A stretch of DNA of 64,000 bases from Promethearchaeia archaeon (GCA_029856045.1 JAHQWG010000048.1:31298-95297), one strand, 5' to 3'; positions 18,968 through 29,660 are shown, numbered from the stretch's first letter. Program-made: numbers and translations. The notes: generated by a model not told the origin, from the letters alone.

Positions 18968-20083
18968 ATGATAAATATGAGAATTAAAAAACTTTTTTTG
19001 AATGAGAAAATTACTTCTAACCAAATAAAGGTCGATGCGTTTTATATTAAGAAACAAGAGAATTTATTATACTTACTGGGCTTAAAAATTGAATCCGATT
19101 CACTTTTACTAATACCAAATGTGGATTTTAAAAATTTTAGTATTCCAAAATTTTTTGTTACTGAATTGGATTATGAGCTGACTCATTTGAAGCTTAAGGA
19201 CTTGGGTATTTCAGATAAGTTAGAGTTGGTAAAGATACCTAAGGGAAATCCGGATTTTGTTAAAAAGGAATTAGGTAAATTAAAGCTAAGAAGATTAGGA
19301 TTTGAAGATGGATTCGTATCATATAATAATTATAAAGAATTAAAGGAAAAATTTAAAGATATTAAGTTTGAAGGAATATCGAGCATAATCCAAGAAGCAC
19401 GCATGAGCAAAGATGAAGATGAGATTATAAAAATAAAGGAAGCTGCCAGAATAGGAGATATTGGTCTTAAGGCTGCGATTGAAAATACTAAAGTTGGAAT
19501 TACTGAATTGGACCTTGCCGCGGAGGCTGAATATTATATGAGAAAAAATGGTTCAAGTAGGGTGGCATTTGAAACGATTGTTGCTTCAGGTGAAAGGTCT
19601 TGGTTTCCCCACGGTACTTCAACTTCACGAAAGATAAAAGATGGAGATATAATTACTATAGATATTGGAGCGGTATATGATGGATATTGCTCTGATATGA
19701 CGAGAACTTTTATTCATGGAAAAGTCTCGGATGAGAAAGCGGAAATTATTAACTTTGTTAATAAGGCACAACAAGCTGTTTTAGACGTTATTAAGGCAGG
19801 TGAGAAATGTTCAGAAATGGACCGCATTGCACGTGATTCGTTTAATGAAGATGGAGTTGCAGAGTATTTTATTCATGGATTGGGGCATGGGGTAGGGATT
19901 GATATTCACGAAGATCCCTATTTAAACACAACCTCAAAATTCGTTTTAAAAGAAAATATGGTTGTAACAGTCGAACCAGGAATTTATATACCTGGGAAAG
20001 GCGGTTCTCGCACAGAGGATTTAATAGTTGTTAAAGAAAACGGTTTCGAGTGTTTATCTAAATCAGAAGTTAAGCATTATTAG
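18968..20083 (+). CDS. Xaa-Pro aminopeptidase/prolidase (M24B)
   Basis: DIGAVYDGYCSDMTRT, HGLGHGVG, HEDP, TVEPGIY, RTED. Confidence 0.95.
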   Translation: MINMRIKKLFLNEKITSNQIKVDAFYIKKQENLLYLLGLKIESDSLLLIPNVDFKNFSIPKFFVTELDYELTHLKLKDLGISDKLELVKIPKGNPDFVKKELGKLKLRRLGFEDGFVSYNNYKELKEKFKDIKFEGISSIIQEARMSKDEDEIIKIKEAARIGDIGLKAAIENTKVGITELDLAAEAEYYMRKNGSSRVAFETIVASGERSWFPHGTSTSRKIKDGDIITIDIGAVYDGYCSDMTRTFIHGKVSDEKAEIINFVNKAQQAVLDVIKAGEKCSEMDRIARDSFNEDGVAEYFIHGLGHGVGIDIHEDPYLNTTSKFVLKENMVVTVEPGIYIPGKGGSRTEDLIVVKENGFECLSKSEVKHY

Positions 20084-20239
20084 TGAAAAAAAACTCGGGA
20101 TCTTTTGAATAAAACTAGATATTGATTTTTTTTTATATTTTGGACTTTTTAAAGTTTAAGTATTTATATTAGAAGAGTTATTAATGGGTTAGAGCCGATT
20201 AAGACAAAATAAATTCGAATAAAGATATATATAAAATAA

Positions 20240-21307
20240 TTGAAGATTTTTATAAAGATGGAAAAAAACCCAATTAGAGGAATTATTTATTCGCAATTCC
20301 ATGAAATCGAAGGTCCAACAACACTGTTATGGGAACCTGATGGTTTATCTGAAGATATAAAAAGGTTGGTCAATAATAAATCAATTTCTCTACTAAGAGG
20401 TGAAAGTGGATTAATTCCCAAATCGTTAATTATCATTCCATTCCCATCCTTTAACCTAAAAAGTATTGTAAAATATTTACTTGTTAAAGATAGAAGTTAT
20501 CCGGGAGGATTTCGAGTTTCTGCGATCAATTTACTATTCAATGATATTGAGGATGTTATTTTTTACAAGTATCATAGAAATTTTGAATCAGTTTTTAAGA
20601 AAATTACTAAAAAAATCACTCAATTAGAAAAATCGAGAGCCGGTATAAAATTGATTGCAGGAGAACTAAAGATTTTTAAAATTGATTTATTAAATTTAAT
20701 AAAAGAACTGCGAGATGAAGAAATTTCCACTTTCCATGGAGAGGAATTTCCTGAAACTAAAGTGGATTTATCTAAATTTAGTGATTTTAGATTTAAGTTA
20801 ATTATTTGCGGCGATCCAGAGGTTGGAAAGACCTCAGCGGTCTTAAGATTCACGGATAAAGCGTTTAAGAGAACCTATCTTCCAACAATTGGGGTAAATG
20901 TAAGCGAGAAAGAAGTTCAATTAAAAGAATTTAACATAGAAATCGCTTTTACGATTTGGGATATAGCTGGGCAACAAAAATTCCAATCTATGAGAAAACA
21001 TTTCTATACTGGAGCTGAAGGCGTGTTTTTAATGTTTGATTTAACAAGTCACGAATCTTTTCAGAATATATCTAATTGGTATGAAGATATTAAATTAAAA
21101 TTAAAGGATGATTTTGTAGGTTTTTTATTAGGAAACAAAAGAGATTTAGTTACTGAGAGAAGAGTAGGTATAGAAGAGATACATAAACTCGCAAAAGATT
21201 TGAATATGGATTATATAGAGACATCTGCTTTAACGGGGATAAATATTGATAAGGCCTTTTATGATATGAGTAAGGCTATAGTCTCGCTTAATGAGTTAAA
21301 ATCTTAA
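20240..21307 (+). CDS. Longin/uDENN-like domain fused to a Rab-like small GTPase
   Basis: N-terminal YSQFHEIEGP motif. G1 GDPEVGKTS, G2 PTIG, G3 WDIAGQ, G4 NKRD, G5 ETSA. The start may be the ATG at 20258. Confidence 0.88.
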   Translation: MKIFIKMEKNPIRGIIYSQFHEIEGPTTLLWEPDGLSEDIKRLVNNKSISLLRGESGLIPKSLIIIPFPSFNLKSIVKYLLVKDRSYPGGFRVSAINLLFNDIEDVIFYKYHRNFESVFKKITKKITQLEKSRAGIKLIAGELKIFKIDLLNLIKELRDEEISTFHGEEFPETKVDLSKFSDFRFKLIICGDPEVGKTSAVLRFTDKAFKRTYLPTIGVNVSEKEVQLKEFNIEIAFTIWDIAGQQKFQSMRKHFYTGAEGVFLMFDLTSHESFQNISNWYEDIKLKLKDDFVGFLLGNKRDLVTERRVGIEEIHKLAKDLNMDYIETSALTGINIDKAFYDMSKAIVSLNELKS

Positions 21308-21330
21308 AATTAGAAATAAAATGGAAAGGA

Positions 21331-22146
21331 TTATGACACATCAACTAATTTTGTTATTCTATTGATTGTTGTATCTAGAAAAGTACTATCTTCGATTTTT
21401 AATTCAATCGCATTTTGAGGACAAATTAGAACACATCTTCCACATCCTCTGCATTCATTACTAATAGTGGCATGTTTATTAATTAATTTGATTGCATCAA
21501 CAAAGCATATATTTTTAGTGCATGTTCCGCAACCTACGCATTTCTCAGTAACTTTAATGGAGACACCAGGCATCTTTGTAAATTTTTCTCCAATTTCTGA
21601 TTTGACATGAGGTAATATTCTATAAAGACAACAGCATGGACAACAATTACAGATACTTAAAAGCTTATTTCCCGGGTTAACATTTAGCCAAGACGAATCT
21701 AACTTATTTCTGCCTATTAAATGAACAAGACCGGCTTCTCGACAGCGTCTCACATGTTCTAATGCTTCCTCTTTTGTAACACGACGTCCTAGTTGTGGAT
21801 TGATGCCCATTACGGCTTCTCCAAGAAAGAGACAACCAAGATTAATAGGATAATCTTTACATTTCATGGAATCTCGACATATACAGAAATTCATGATCCA
21901 ATGATAATTGGCTTTCTCAATGAAATATTCGACTATTTTAGATGGTAATATTATTTCATCCTGAGGCTCCAAGCTTTCATTAATTTGTATTACTTTATCC
22001 TTGGGCAAAAAAATTATATTATCGCCCTCAAAGAGCATCTTCTCAATTAATTTTCCTATGATTGGAACCCTTGTCATCTTAGCAATAATAATTATATGAG
22101 GAAATGTCTTTTTTAGAATTTCTACAAACCATAATGGACGTGCCAT
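21331..22146 (-). CDS. 4Fe-4S ferredoxin-domain protein
   Basis: CICR, ICNCCPCCC and two CxxCxxC...CP/CF ferredoxin motifs. Confidence 0.88.
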   Translation of the reverse strand: MARPLWFVEILKKTFPHIIIIAKMTRVPIIGKLIEKMLFEGDNIIFLPKDKVIQINESLEPQDEIILPSKIVEYFIEKANYHWIMNFCICRDSMKCKDYPINLGCLFLGEAVMGINPQLGRRVTKEEALEHVRRCREAGLVHLIGRNKLDSSWLNVNPGNKLLSICNCCPCCCLYRILPHVKSEIGEKFTKMPGVSIKVTEKCVGCGTCTKNICFVDAIKLINKHATISNECRGCGRCVLICPQNAIELKIEDSTFLDTTINRITKLVDVS

Positions 22147-22175
22147 ATTATATCATTATTGTTGTGTAATAGAAA

Positions 22176-22979
22176 TTAGATATTTATTTTTTTAGCCGTA
22201 TTATATAAGTAGCTATAATAATATGTTGCAGCGGGTCCAAAGGCAAGGTGGTCTGTAACTATTCCAAAATATGAAATTTTTTCAAAGAATTGTTGAGAAA
22301 AGATTAAAAATGCGTTTTTTCCACCATCAATAACAATACCATTTCCAAATATTTGATCTCTTTCTCTAACTTCTGCAATTTCGGTGTATTTTGTTAAAAT
22401 TTCTTTATAACTATCATCTTTAACTGATTTTTCTTCAACTAATAGTTTGATTTCAATAACGCCTCTTGCACGAGCCTTCTTTATTGGTTCATAACAATCT
22501 ACTAAAAATTCCAGGTCTGGAGAAGCAAAAGATATCGATTTTTTTGCTAGTTTAAATAGACTTAAGACAGTATTTAAACAAGTTTCCTTACCTCTATGTA
22601 TATAAAGTGCTATTTTAATTGGACTTTTTTGGCTTTGATATATTGGATTTAACTCTCTTATAACAAGATTAGAATCTTCTTCATAATCTTTTAACATTTG
22701 CTGTTTGGCAATTAATAAGGCTTCATCGGGTGATTTTGCATGATATTTTGAGGGTCTAGATTCTTCTTCTTTTATAATAAAAGATTTTTCTTTTTCCAAA
22801 ATGCTTAAAATATTATAAATTCGGGAATATGGAACACCAGATACATCAGAAAGATTGCGTGCATCCATAGCTCCCTCTGAAACAAGTGCTAAATAGATAG
22901 AAATTTCATAATCCGTCAAACCAATTCTCTTTAGACTTTCTTTGACATTTTCTGGAATTCCACTTTCTTCTTGCTCCAT
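22176..22979 (-). CDS. TrmB-family transcriptional regulator
   Basis: GLTDYE..IY.AL...SGVPYSRIY.IL HTH plus a PLD-like C-terminal domain. Confidence 0.92.
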   Translation of the reverse strand: MEQEESGIPENVKESLKRIGLTDYEISIYLALVSEGAMDARNLSDVSGVPYSRIYNILSILEKEKSFIIKEEESRPSKYHAKSPDEALLIAKQQMLKDYEEDSNLVIRELNPIYQSQKSPIKIALYIHRGKETCLNTVLSLFKLAKKSISFASPDLEFLVDCYEPIKKARARGVIEIKLLVEEKSVKDDSYKEILTKYTEIAEVRERDQIFGNGIVIDGGKNAFLIFSQQFFEKISYFGIVTDHLAFGPAATYYYSYLYNTAKKINI

Positions 22980-23209
22980 TTTTTTATAACCTTTTCATTA
23001 AAGGTAATCCTAATTTTTTCTTAAGATTAATTCAAAAATAAATTAATTAAATATTAATAGTTTTTCTGTACTATTAAAAGTTCATCACTTTATTATTTAA
23101 GAGTAATTTTAATAACTTAAAATTATTGAGGGAGAGATCGATAAAAGGATTAGATATAAAAGGGGCACAAAATAAATTTCTTTTAGAGAAATTAAAGATG
23201 TTATAAGTT

Positions 23210-24394
23210 ATGGTTGATGAGTTAGATATTTTAACAAAAAAATTAGAGGAAAGAAATATTAAAATTGAAATGGTTCTTCAAAAACTAGACATTTTCAAGA
23301 TTGCAACGCCATCTTGGGGTTATTCAGAAGGTGGAACTAGATTTCATATATTTCGGGATAAATTTGCAGCAAGAGATTTAATGGAGAGGCTAGATGATGC
23401 AGCGCAGGTGAACAAATTTACAGGGATTGCGCCAGATGTTGCTATTCATATACCATGGGATAAAGTTGATGCATTCAATGAGATTGCCGATTATACTCAG
23501 AATTTAGGTCTAAAAATAACAGCAATAAACCCAAACTTATTTCAAGAAGAAGAATATAAATTTGGAAGCATAACCAATTCTAAACCAGAGATTAGAGAGA
23601 AGGCGATTGGCCATATCATGGAATGTATTGATATTGGTCGAATTTTAAGGATTCCTTATCTAAGTCTTTGGTTCGCCGATGGGACAAATTTTCCCGGTCA
23701 GGGAGATTTTATAAAACGAAAAAAGTGGATGTTACAATCACTTCGAGAGGTTTATTCAGCAATGCCTGATTTTATGAATATGTTATTAGAATATAAGTTT
23801 TTTGAGCCTGCCTATTATCACACGGATTTACCAGATTGGGGACAATCCTATATATTTTGTAAGAATCTGGGAGAAAGAGCAAAGGTTTTAGTGGATTTGG
23901 GGCACCATCCTCAAGGGACAAATATTGAATTCATTATTGCAAATCTGATAGATGAAGATATATTAGGAGGATTTCATTTAAATTGTAGAAAATATGGCGA
24001 TGACGATTTAACAACAGGTTCATTGAATATATATGAATTATTTCTAATTTTTCATGAATTAATTAAAGGGAATGCTGATGATTACAGAAAGACCGCATTT
24101 ATGTTGGATCAAAGTCATAATATTAAACCAAAGATCGAAGCAATGATTCAATCAGTAATTTCTACACAAGAAATATATACTAAAGCTCTTACAATTGATA
24201 ATGAACGTTTAGAAGAAGCCCAGGAAAATCAAGATATTATCAGAGCAGAATCATGTTTAAAAGAAGCATTTTTTACAGATGTCAGTTCAATATTACTAAA
24301 ATACAGAGAGGATAAAGATATACCAAGAAATCCTCTTAAGATGTTTATAGATTCTGGATATAAAGCTCAAATATCAAAAAAAAGAAATATCTAA
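23210..24394 (+). CDS. rhaI: L-rhamnose isomerase (RhaI, xylose-isomerase-like TIM barrel)
   Basis: TPSWGYSEGGTRF, HIPWD, WFADGTNFPGQ, EYKFFEP, DLGHH, KYGDDDL, DQSHN. Confidence 0.9.
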   Translation: MVDELDILTKKLEERNIKIEMVLQKLDIFKIATPSWGYSEGGTRFHIFRDKFAARDLMERLDDAAQVNKFTGIAPDVAIHIPWDKVDAFNEIADYTQNLGLKITAINPNLFQEEEYKFGSITNSKPEIREKAIGHIMECIDIGRILRIPYLSLWFADGTNFPGQGDFIKRKKWMLQSLREVYSAMPDFMNMLLEYKFFEPAYYHTDLPDWGQSYIFCKNLGERAKVLVDLGHHPQGTNIEFIIANLIDEDILGGFHLNCRKYGDDDLTTGSLNIYELFLIFHELIKGNADDYRKTAFMLDQSHNIKPKIEAMIQSVISTQEIYTKALTIDNERLEEAQENQDIIRAESCLKEAFFTDVSSILLKYREDKDIPRNPLKMFIDSGYKAQISKKRNI

Positions 24395-24590
24395 AAAAAG
24401 AGAACAATATTTATTACTGAATTAATAAAAAAATATATTTTAACTATTTAATTCCACAATTTTTTCTTATTTGATATATCTTATTTTTAAAAATTAATTT
24501 TTTTATTTATGAAATTGAAAATTTTTATATAGAAAGTAAATTTCATTTTCCATAGTATAAGTAAGTTTATCAAAAAATAACATAATAAAA

Positions 24591-25040
24591 ATGGAAGTTG
24601 TTAAAAAAATGGACCCTATTGATATAAGAATTTTAGAAGAATTAAAAGATAATTCTAGAAAGTCTTTTAATGATATTGCTGAAAGTGTTGGCAGAACTGA
24701 GGCAACTGTTCGAAGAAGAGTTAATCATTTGAAAGAGGGTGGAGTAATAAAAAGGTTTACAATTGTATATGAAGCAGATAGTAAACCCAAAATAAAGGCA
24801 ACTGTAAAAATTGAGCCAGATTTTAAGAGGATAAAAGAAATTTGTGCAGCACTTTCGAAAATTGAAGAGGTTACTGATATCTGGCGCCTAAGTGGAGATT
24901 GTGGTATCTTTTTAAAAGTTGAAATTGATTCTATAGAGAAATTTAATCCATTAATCGAAACAAAAATCTCACAAATTGATGGAATATCTATTAAAGAAAC
25001 ATGTTTTATCACACAGGAGATAAAGAGTAAATTTCTTTAG
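24591..25040 (+). CDS. Lrp/AsnC transcriptional regulator
   Basis: MDPIDIRIL..L..NSRKSF..IA...EATVRRRV..L...GVI HTH plus a RAM domain. Confidence 0.93.
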   Translation: MEVVKKMDPIDIRILEELKDNSRKSFNDIAESVGRTEATVRRRVNHLKEGGVIKRFTIVYEADSKPKIKATVKIEPDFKRIKEICAALSKIEEVTDIWRLSGDCGIFLKVEIDSIEKFNPLIETKISQIDGISIKETCFITQEIKSKFL

Positions 25041-25203
25041 TTTCTTCTGCCGCTTTCATTTGCCCTTCACTAGCTAAGGGTTTTTAATACCCAACTCAAT
25101 TTTTATATCTTCTTCTTTTATTTTAATTACAGCTTGTTTTATAAAAGATAAAAATAATAAAATATTTTCTAGTTTAACAGTTTGAAATCATCTATAAATT
25201 AAA

Positions 25204-26535
25204 ATGAGCTATAAATTCACAAAAGAGGAATTATCAAAATTACTTTTTGATTATAATTCCCTTAAAGATGTGCTCCCTATATATAAACCTTCAAAAGTAT
25301 ATATTTGGGATGAAACTTTACGTGATGGCGAGCAATCTCCTGCAGTCTTCCTTACATTGGATGAAAAAATCCATCTTTCAAAACTTCTTGATGAAGCTGG
25401 AGTAAAATTGATAGCAGTAGGTTTTCCTGCTGTCTCTAAATCGGAAAAAGATATTGTTAGGGCATTAATGAGAGAGAAACATAACAATGCATCTATATTA
25501 GCTATTGCAAGACCAAAAAAAGAAGATATTGATGCTTGTATCGATAGTGATGCAAAAGAGATTGTAATTTTTATGCCAATTTCCGATTTTTTTATGAAAC
25601 TACTAAAATTGGATGAAGAGCAAGAATTGTCAATAATCGAAGAAGCGATTATTTATGCTAAAGATCATGGTTTAAAGGTAAATTGGGTATCTGAAGATTG
25701 TACAAGAGCAAAATTGGCCCATATCTTTAATGTGTTCAACACAGCGATAGACACTGGTGCGGATCGTATTGTAATAGGTGATACTGTTGGCGTATTAACT
25801 CCATATTCAACAAGATTCCTCGTCAACCAGATTATGGAAAATGTAATAAGAAAAAATAAAAACACGGCAGATATTGGAATACATTGCCATGATGATTTCG
25901 GATTAGCCACAAGTAATACCATTGTAGGAGTATTTGAGGGTTGTGTTTATCCTCATACATGCATTAATGGTTATGGCGAAAGGGCTGGAAATGCAGCTCT
26001 CGAAGAGGTTGTTTTAATATTGGAAAGGAATGGAATTGATACTGGTATAAAAATGGACAAATTAATGGAGTTAAGTGAAATAACAGAGAAATATTTTAGC
26101 CAACCCCTCGCCTTAAATAAAGCAATAGTTGGACGTTATGCCTTTTCTCATGAAAGTGGACTTCACATCGCAGGAATTCTTGCACATCCTTTAAGTTATG
26201 AACCAATAAATCCAAAAATAATTGGTAGACGACGAAAATTTTATCTTGGAAAGGGGAGTGGTTCTCATTCAATTATTAACGCAATTAAAGAGAAGATTAA
26301 AGTACTTGATTTAGATATTCCTGATGAGATTATTAAAAAGATTGTAGCTGCAGTAAAAGCAGCCCATGAAGAATCGAGTAAGGGAGATATACAAAAAAGT
26401 TTTCAAATAATAAAGAAAGAGTTAGATAAGATATCCAAGGGAGTTTCTGATAAAGATTTTTTTGATATTGTTAATAAATATGCCCAACCATATGTACCTG
26501 ATGAATTTAAGCCAAAAAAAAAAATAAACGAATAG
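25204..26535 (+). CDS. Homocitrate/isopropylmalate synthase family (DRE-TIM) protein without a regulatory domain
   Basis: DETLRDGEQ, HCHDDFGLA, GYGERAGNA, HESGLH. Confidence 0.9.
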   Translation: MSYKFTKEELSKLLFDYNSLKDVLPIYKPSKVYIWDETLRDGEQSPAVFLTLDEKIHLSKLLDEAGVKLIAVGFPAVSKSEKDIVRALMREKHNNASILAIARPKKEDIDACIDSDAKEIVIFMPISDFFMKLLKLDEEQELSIIEEAIIYAKDHGLKVNWVSEDCTRAKLAHIFNVFNTAIDTGADRIVIGDTVGVLTPYSTRFLVNQIMENVIRKNKNTADIGIHCHDDFGLATSNTIVGVFEGCVYPHTCINGYGERAGNAALEEVVLILERNGIDTGIKMDKLMELSEITEKYFSQPLALNKAIVGRYAFSHESGLHIAGILAHPLSYEPINPKIIGRRRKFYLGKGSGSHSIINAIKEKIKVLDLDIPDEIIKKIVAAVKAAHEESSKGDIQKSFQIIKKELDKISKGVSDKDFFDIVNKYAQPYVPDEFKPKKKINE

Positions 26536-26673
26536 AATGATATTATTATCAGTTTTCTCGTTAGAAGATGATTTTAATAAACAGTTGTAATAAAAATTTT
26601 AATAAATAGTTAGAAATTTATTTGAAATTTTTTATTAAATATTTAGTATTCATTATTTTTATGAGAGATTTCA

Positions 26674-28254
26674 ATGTCTAAACAAGAAGATATAATTGCT
26701 GGAAAGTTAATTGGTAAAACAACAACACACACGGTTAATTTGTTAATTGTGGATAAAAATGTAGGACGAAATGATCATTTGGTAATTTATACTGATTCTG
26801 ATAGTAATGAAGACAAAAATTATTATTTATTTAAGATAATTGATATCTGGAATGATAAACAAGGATTAATGGCAACACTAAAAGTTCTCGGCCATATGCC
26901 GAAAAGACCCTTTAAGATTGGAACAGAAGTTTATCTTGCTAAAAAGAAGCAAATCATAGAAACTTTAGGGATTGATAATCCCGAAGAAGAATCATTATAT
27001 TTTGGGTCACTACTCGGTTATTCTAAATATGATGTGCACTTATTAATAAAAAATTTTGGTAGAATTTTTATTACGGGTAAATCTGGCTCGGGTAAATCAT
27101 ATACTATGGGAGTGTTAATTGAAGAATTCCTCAAAAAAGGAATCCCTGTAGTCATTTTTGATCGACATGGTGAATATTCAAGTTTAAAAATTTCTAGAGA
27201 AATTTCAGAATCTGATGAAGAAATCCCTGCTGAAGATTCAGAACCTGAATATTGGGATATAAGTAAATCTTCAGAACCAATTGAAGAATTAACAAGTATT
27301 ACTTCAGATTCCGAAATGGAAATTCCAATTGAAGAATTAGAAAAGGAAAAAATAAATCCCAGTGAATTTGTTGAAAAAATAATAGAATTTGCTGATTTGA
27401 ATATGAATGAGGGAGCGGATGTGGACATAAAATACATTTTTTCTTTAGATGCAACTGATTTAGTATCTTCAAATTTATGTACAATTATAAATTTTAGAGG
27501 TTTACCATTGGAACTTCAAGAGGTTATTGCCAATGATATTCTTATGAAATTATATAATGCAAGCACCTCAAAACAAATTCAGCCATTCTATCTTTTTATA
27601 GATGAGGCTCATCTTTTTGCAGGTAAAAAAAAAACAGACACATCTGAAACTGTAAAACTATTTTCTCAAGAAGGAAGGAAATTTGGAGCAAATCTCGTTA
27701 TCTCTACTCAAAAACCCCAATTATTAGATGTTACGATAAGAGGTCAGGCAGGAACATGGATAATACATCAATTAACTGATATTAGAGATGTTGATATAAC
27801 TGTTTCAAGTGCTGAAGATTTAGGTCCAGAATATAAAGAAGAAATTCAAAGATTAGACCCAGGTGAATGTATAATTTGTGGCGATGCCGTTAAGATAGCA
27901 CCGTTATTTCTAAAAATTAGAAAACGAAAAACCGAACATGGAGGTATAGGATTTAATCCTCTCGATTTTCTTTCCAAAGACACTATTGAAGATATAAAGA
28001 AGAAAAGACTAAAAATTTTAGAAGCCAAATCAGAAGGTGAATTGGCAGAAGCGGAAAATCTCTTTCAAAAATATTTTACTGGAAAAGAAATACAAAAATC
28101 GGCTAAAGAAATAGAACTTTTAACAAAAATGATTGAAGAATTAGATGCTGAAGTTAAAATATGGAAAGATAAATATAAAAAACAAAAAGAAAAGGCAAAT
28201 AAAGCTACAAAATTAGCAGAAGAAGCTTTAATTGAAGCAAAGAGAAAATCTTAA
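26674..28254 (+). CDS. HerA/FtsK-family ATPase (DUF87) with HAS-barrel, acidic insert and C-terminal coiled coil
   Basis: Walker A GKSGSGKS, DRHGEY, IDEAHLF, EGRKFG...STQKP. Confidence 0.9.
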   Translation: MSKQEDIIAGKLIGKTTTHTVNLLIVDKNVGRNDHLVIYTDSDSNEDKNYYLFKIIDIWNDKQGLMATLKVLGHMPKRPFKIGTEVYLAKKKQIIETLGIDNPEEESLYFGSLLGYSKYDVHLLIKNFGRIFITGKSGSGKSYTMGVLIEEFLKKGIPVVIFDRHGEYSSLKISREISESDEEIPAEDSEPEYWDISKSSEPIEELTSITSDSEMEIPIEELEKEKINPSEFVEKIIEFADLNMNEGADVDIKYIFSLDATDLVSSNLCTIINFRGLPLELQEVIANDILMKLYNASTSKQIQPFYLFIDEAHLFAGKKKTDTSETVKLFSQEGRKFGANLVISTQKPQLLDVTIRGQAGTWIIHQLTDIRDVDITVSSAEDLGPEYKEEIQRLDPGECIICGDAVKIAPLFLKIRKRKTEHGGIGFNPLDFLSKDTIEDIKKKRLKILEAKSEGELAEAENLFQKYFTGKEIQKSAKEIELLTKMIEELDAEVKIWKDKYKKQKEKANKATKLAEEALIEAKRKS

Positions 28255-28277
28255 GAATTTAAATGCTTCGATTACAC

Positions 28278-29660
28278 TTATTTTTTTTTAAGTAATTTTT
28301 TAATCTCTTCAATTTTATTGGTAGCATTTTCTAAATCATACTTCAATTTTTTCATTTGTTTATTGTAATCATTTTGTTTAATTTTTCCGTCTCCTTTCTT
28401 TTTCTTAAGGAAGTTAATTAAATTCTTAACTGAATTTATTTTACTCTCTAATCCTTCTAATTCAGCATTTAATTCTTTTTTAGACTGTTTCTTTTTTGTT
28501 GAAGGCATTCCTTTCGGTCTTGGGGGTAACGGCTTTTCAGTTGATGGTTTTTTAGGTAATTCAGTTAATTCTGATAATTCATTGTCCTCTTCAACGGTTT
28601 CCGCTTCAACTTCTCTTTTTAATTTCTCAAAATCTATTCCAAGATCTGGGGCTTCTTCTAACTGTGGCGGTTGTTGAACCTTTTCTTGCATTTCTTTGAT
28701 TGCCTGTAATTCAATGATTTCATCTTCTGATCCGATTACTGAATCTATTAATTTATTTACAACATCACTTAAAGCATTTAATTCATCTAATACTGAATAC
28801 AGAGTCTGTATAAGGTCACTTTTTGAGGAGATTTTAATTTCTGACTTTACCGTAATTGGGGAATACATTTGAGAACCAACCTCCCCTTCAGCATCAGAAA
28901 GTGAAGGATGTAAACTTGAACCATAACCCAGTCCAGGTTTTTTGGATGGAATTGTAGAAATCCCTTTTTTCTTCATTGTTAATCGATATTCAGAAATCAA
29001 CCAAGTAAATAAATTTAAGGCAAGTTTTTTATGTTGATCATTTTCAATTCCACAGCCAATCTCATCTCTAAATATTTCATAACTACCAATTGCACATACT
29101 AATCCATTATCAGCTTCTGATACAATTATCAAAGGAACTGAGAAGGGATCTGCATCTTGATCACTCATTGCAATTGGAACAGAACCCCCAATTGTTGTAA
29201 GAGAACAACCCGCACGATAGCAAATTTCATTAATTTCTTCAGTGATTTGATGAGGTGGTGTAAATGTAGAGGCTTTTGGTAAATTTTCCATGCCATAATT
29301 ATTAGGTGAAAGCACTTGATCATTTTCAAATGTAATTCCAAACCGTTCCGCTAGAGCGGAAAGGTTAGTTTGACGACCCTTATCACCTCCAGCATGACTT
29401 AATAATAATAATCCACCACCATCTTCTCTCACCCAATTCTCAATCTCATTTATTTCCTGAGGTGCAATCTTTGCAAAATCAGGACAAGCAAACACCAAAA
29501 TATCGTAAGGTTTTAGAGTTTTATGGGTAATTGGAAATTCTGAAAATTGATATGATTCAAAACCTTGAGAATCCAAGAGTTGTTTTATCGTTTTGTAGTT
29601 GATATCAATTCTCCCTCTTGGTTTATGGCTCTCATTCCAAGCTATGAAATTTCCAACCAA
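28278..29660 (-). CDS. Cytosolic GIFT (GldG/IFT52-like) domain protein with a Pro-rich linker and C-terminal coiled coil
   Basis: WNESH...YDILVFACP...EINEIENWV..GGGLLLL...TNLSALAERFGITFEND. No signal peptide. Confidence 0.7.
   Translation of the reverse strand: MVGNFIAWNESHKPRGRIDINYKTIKQLLDSQGFESYQFSEFPITHKTLKPYDILVFACPDFAKIAPQEINEIENWVREDGGGLLLLSHAGGDKGRQTNLSALAERFGITFENDQVLSPNNYGMENLPKASTFTPPHQITEEINEICYRAGCSLTTIGGSVPIAMSDQDADPFSVPLIIVSEADNGLVCAIGSYEIFRDEIGCGIENDQHKKLALNLFTWLISEYRLTMKKKGISTIPSKKPGLGYGSSLHPSLSDAEGEVGSQMYSPITVKSEIKISSKSDLIQTLYSVLDELNALSDVVNKLIDSVIGSEDEIIELQAIKEMQEKVQQPPQLEEAPDLGIDFEKLKREVEAETVEEDNELSELTELPKKPSTEKPLPPRPKGMPSTKKKQSKKELNAELEGLESKINSVKNLINFLKKKKGDGKIKQNDYNKQMKKLKYDLENATNKIEEIKKLLKKK

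Noticed and set aside
25040-25140. GC-richer patch with small overlapping hairpins upstream of the synthase gene
   Set aside because: The stems are only 4-5 bp and the minus strand reads like a frameshifted gene remnant. No recognisable riboswitch.
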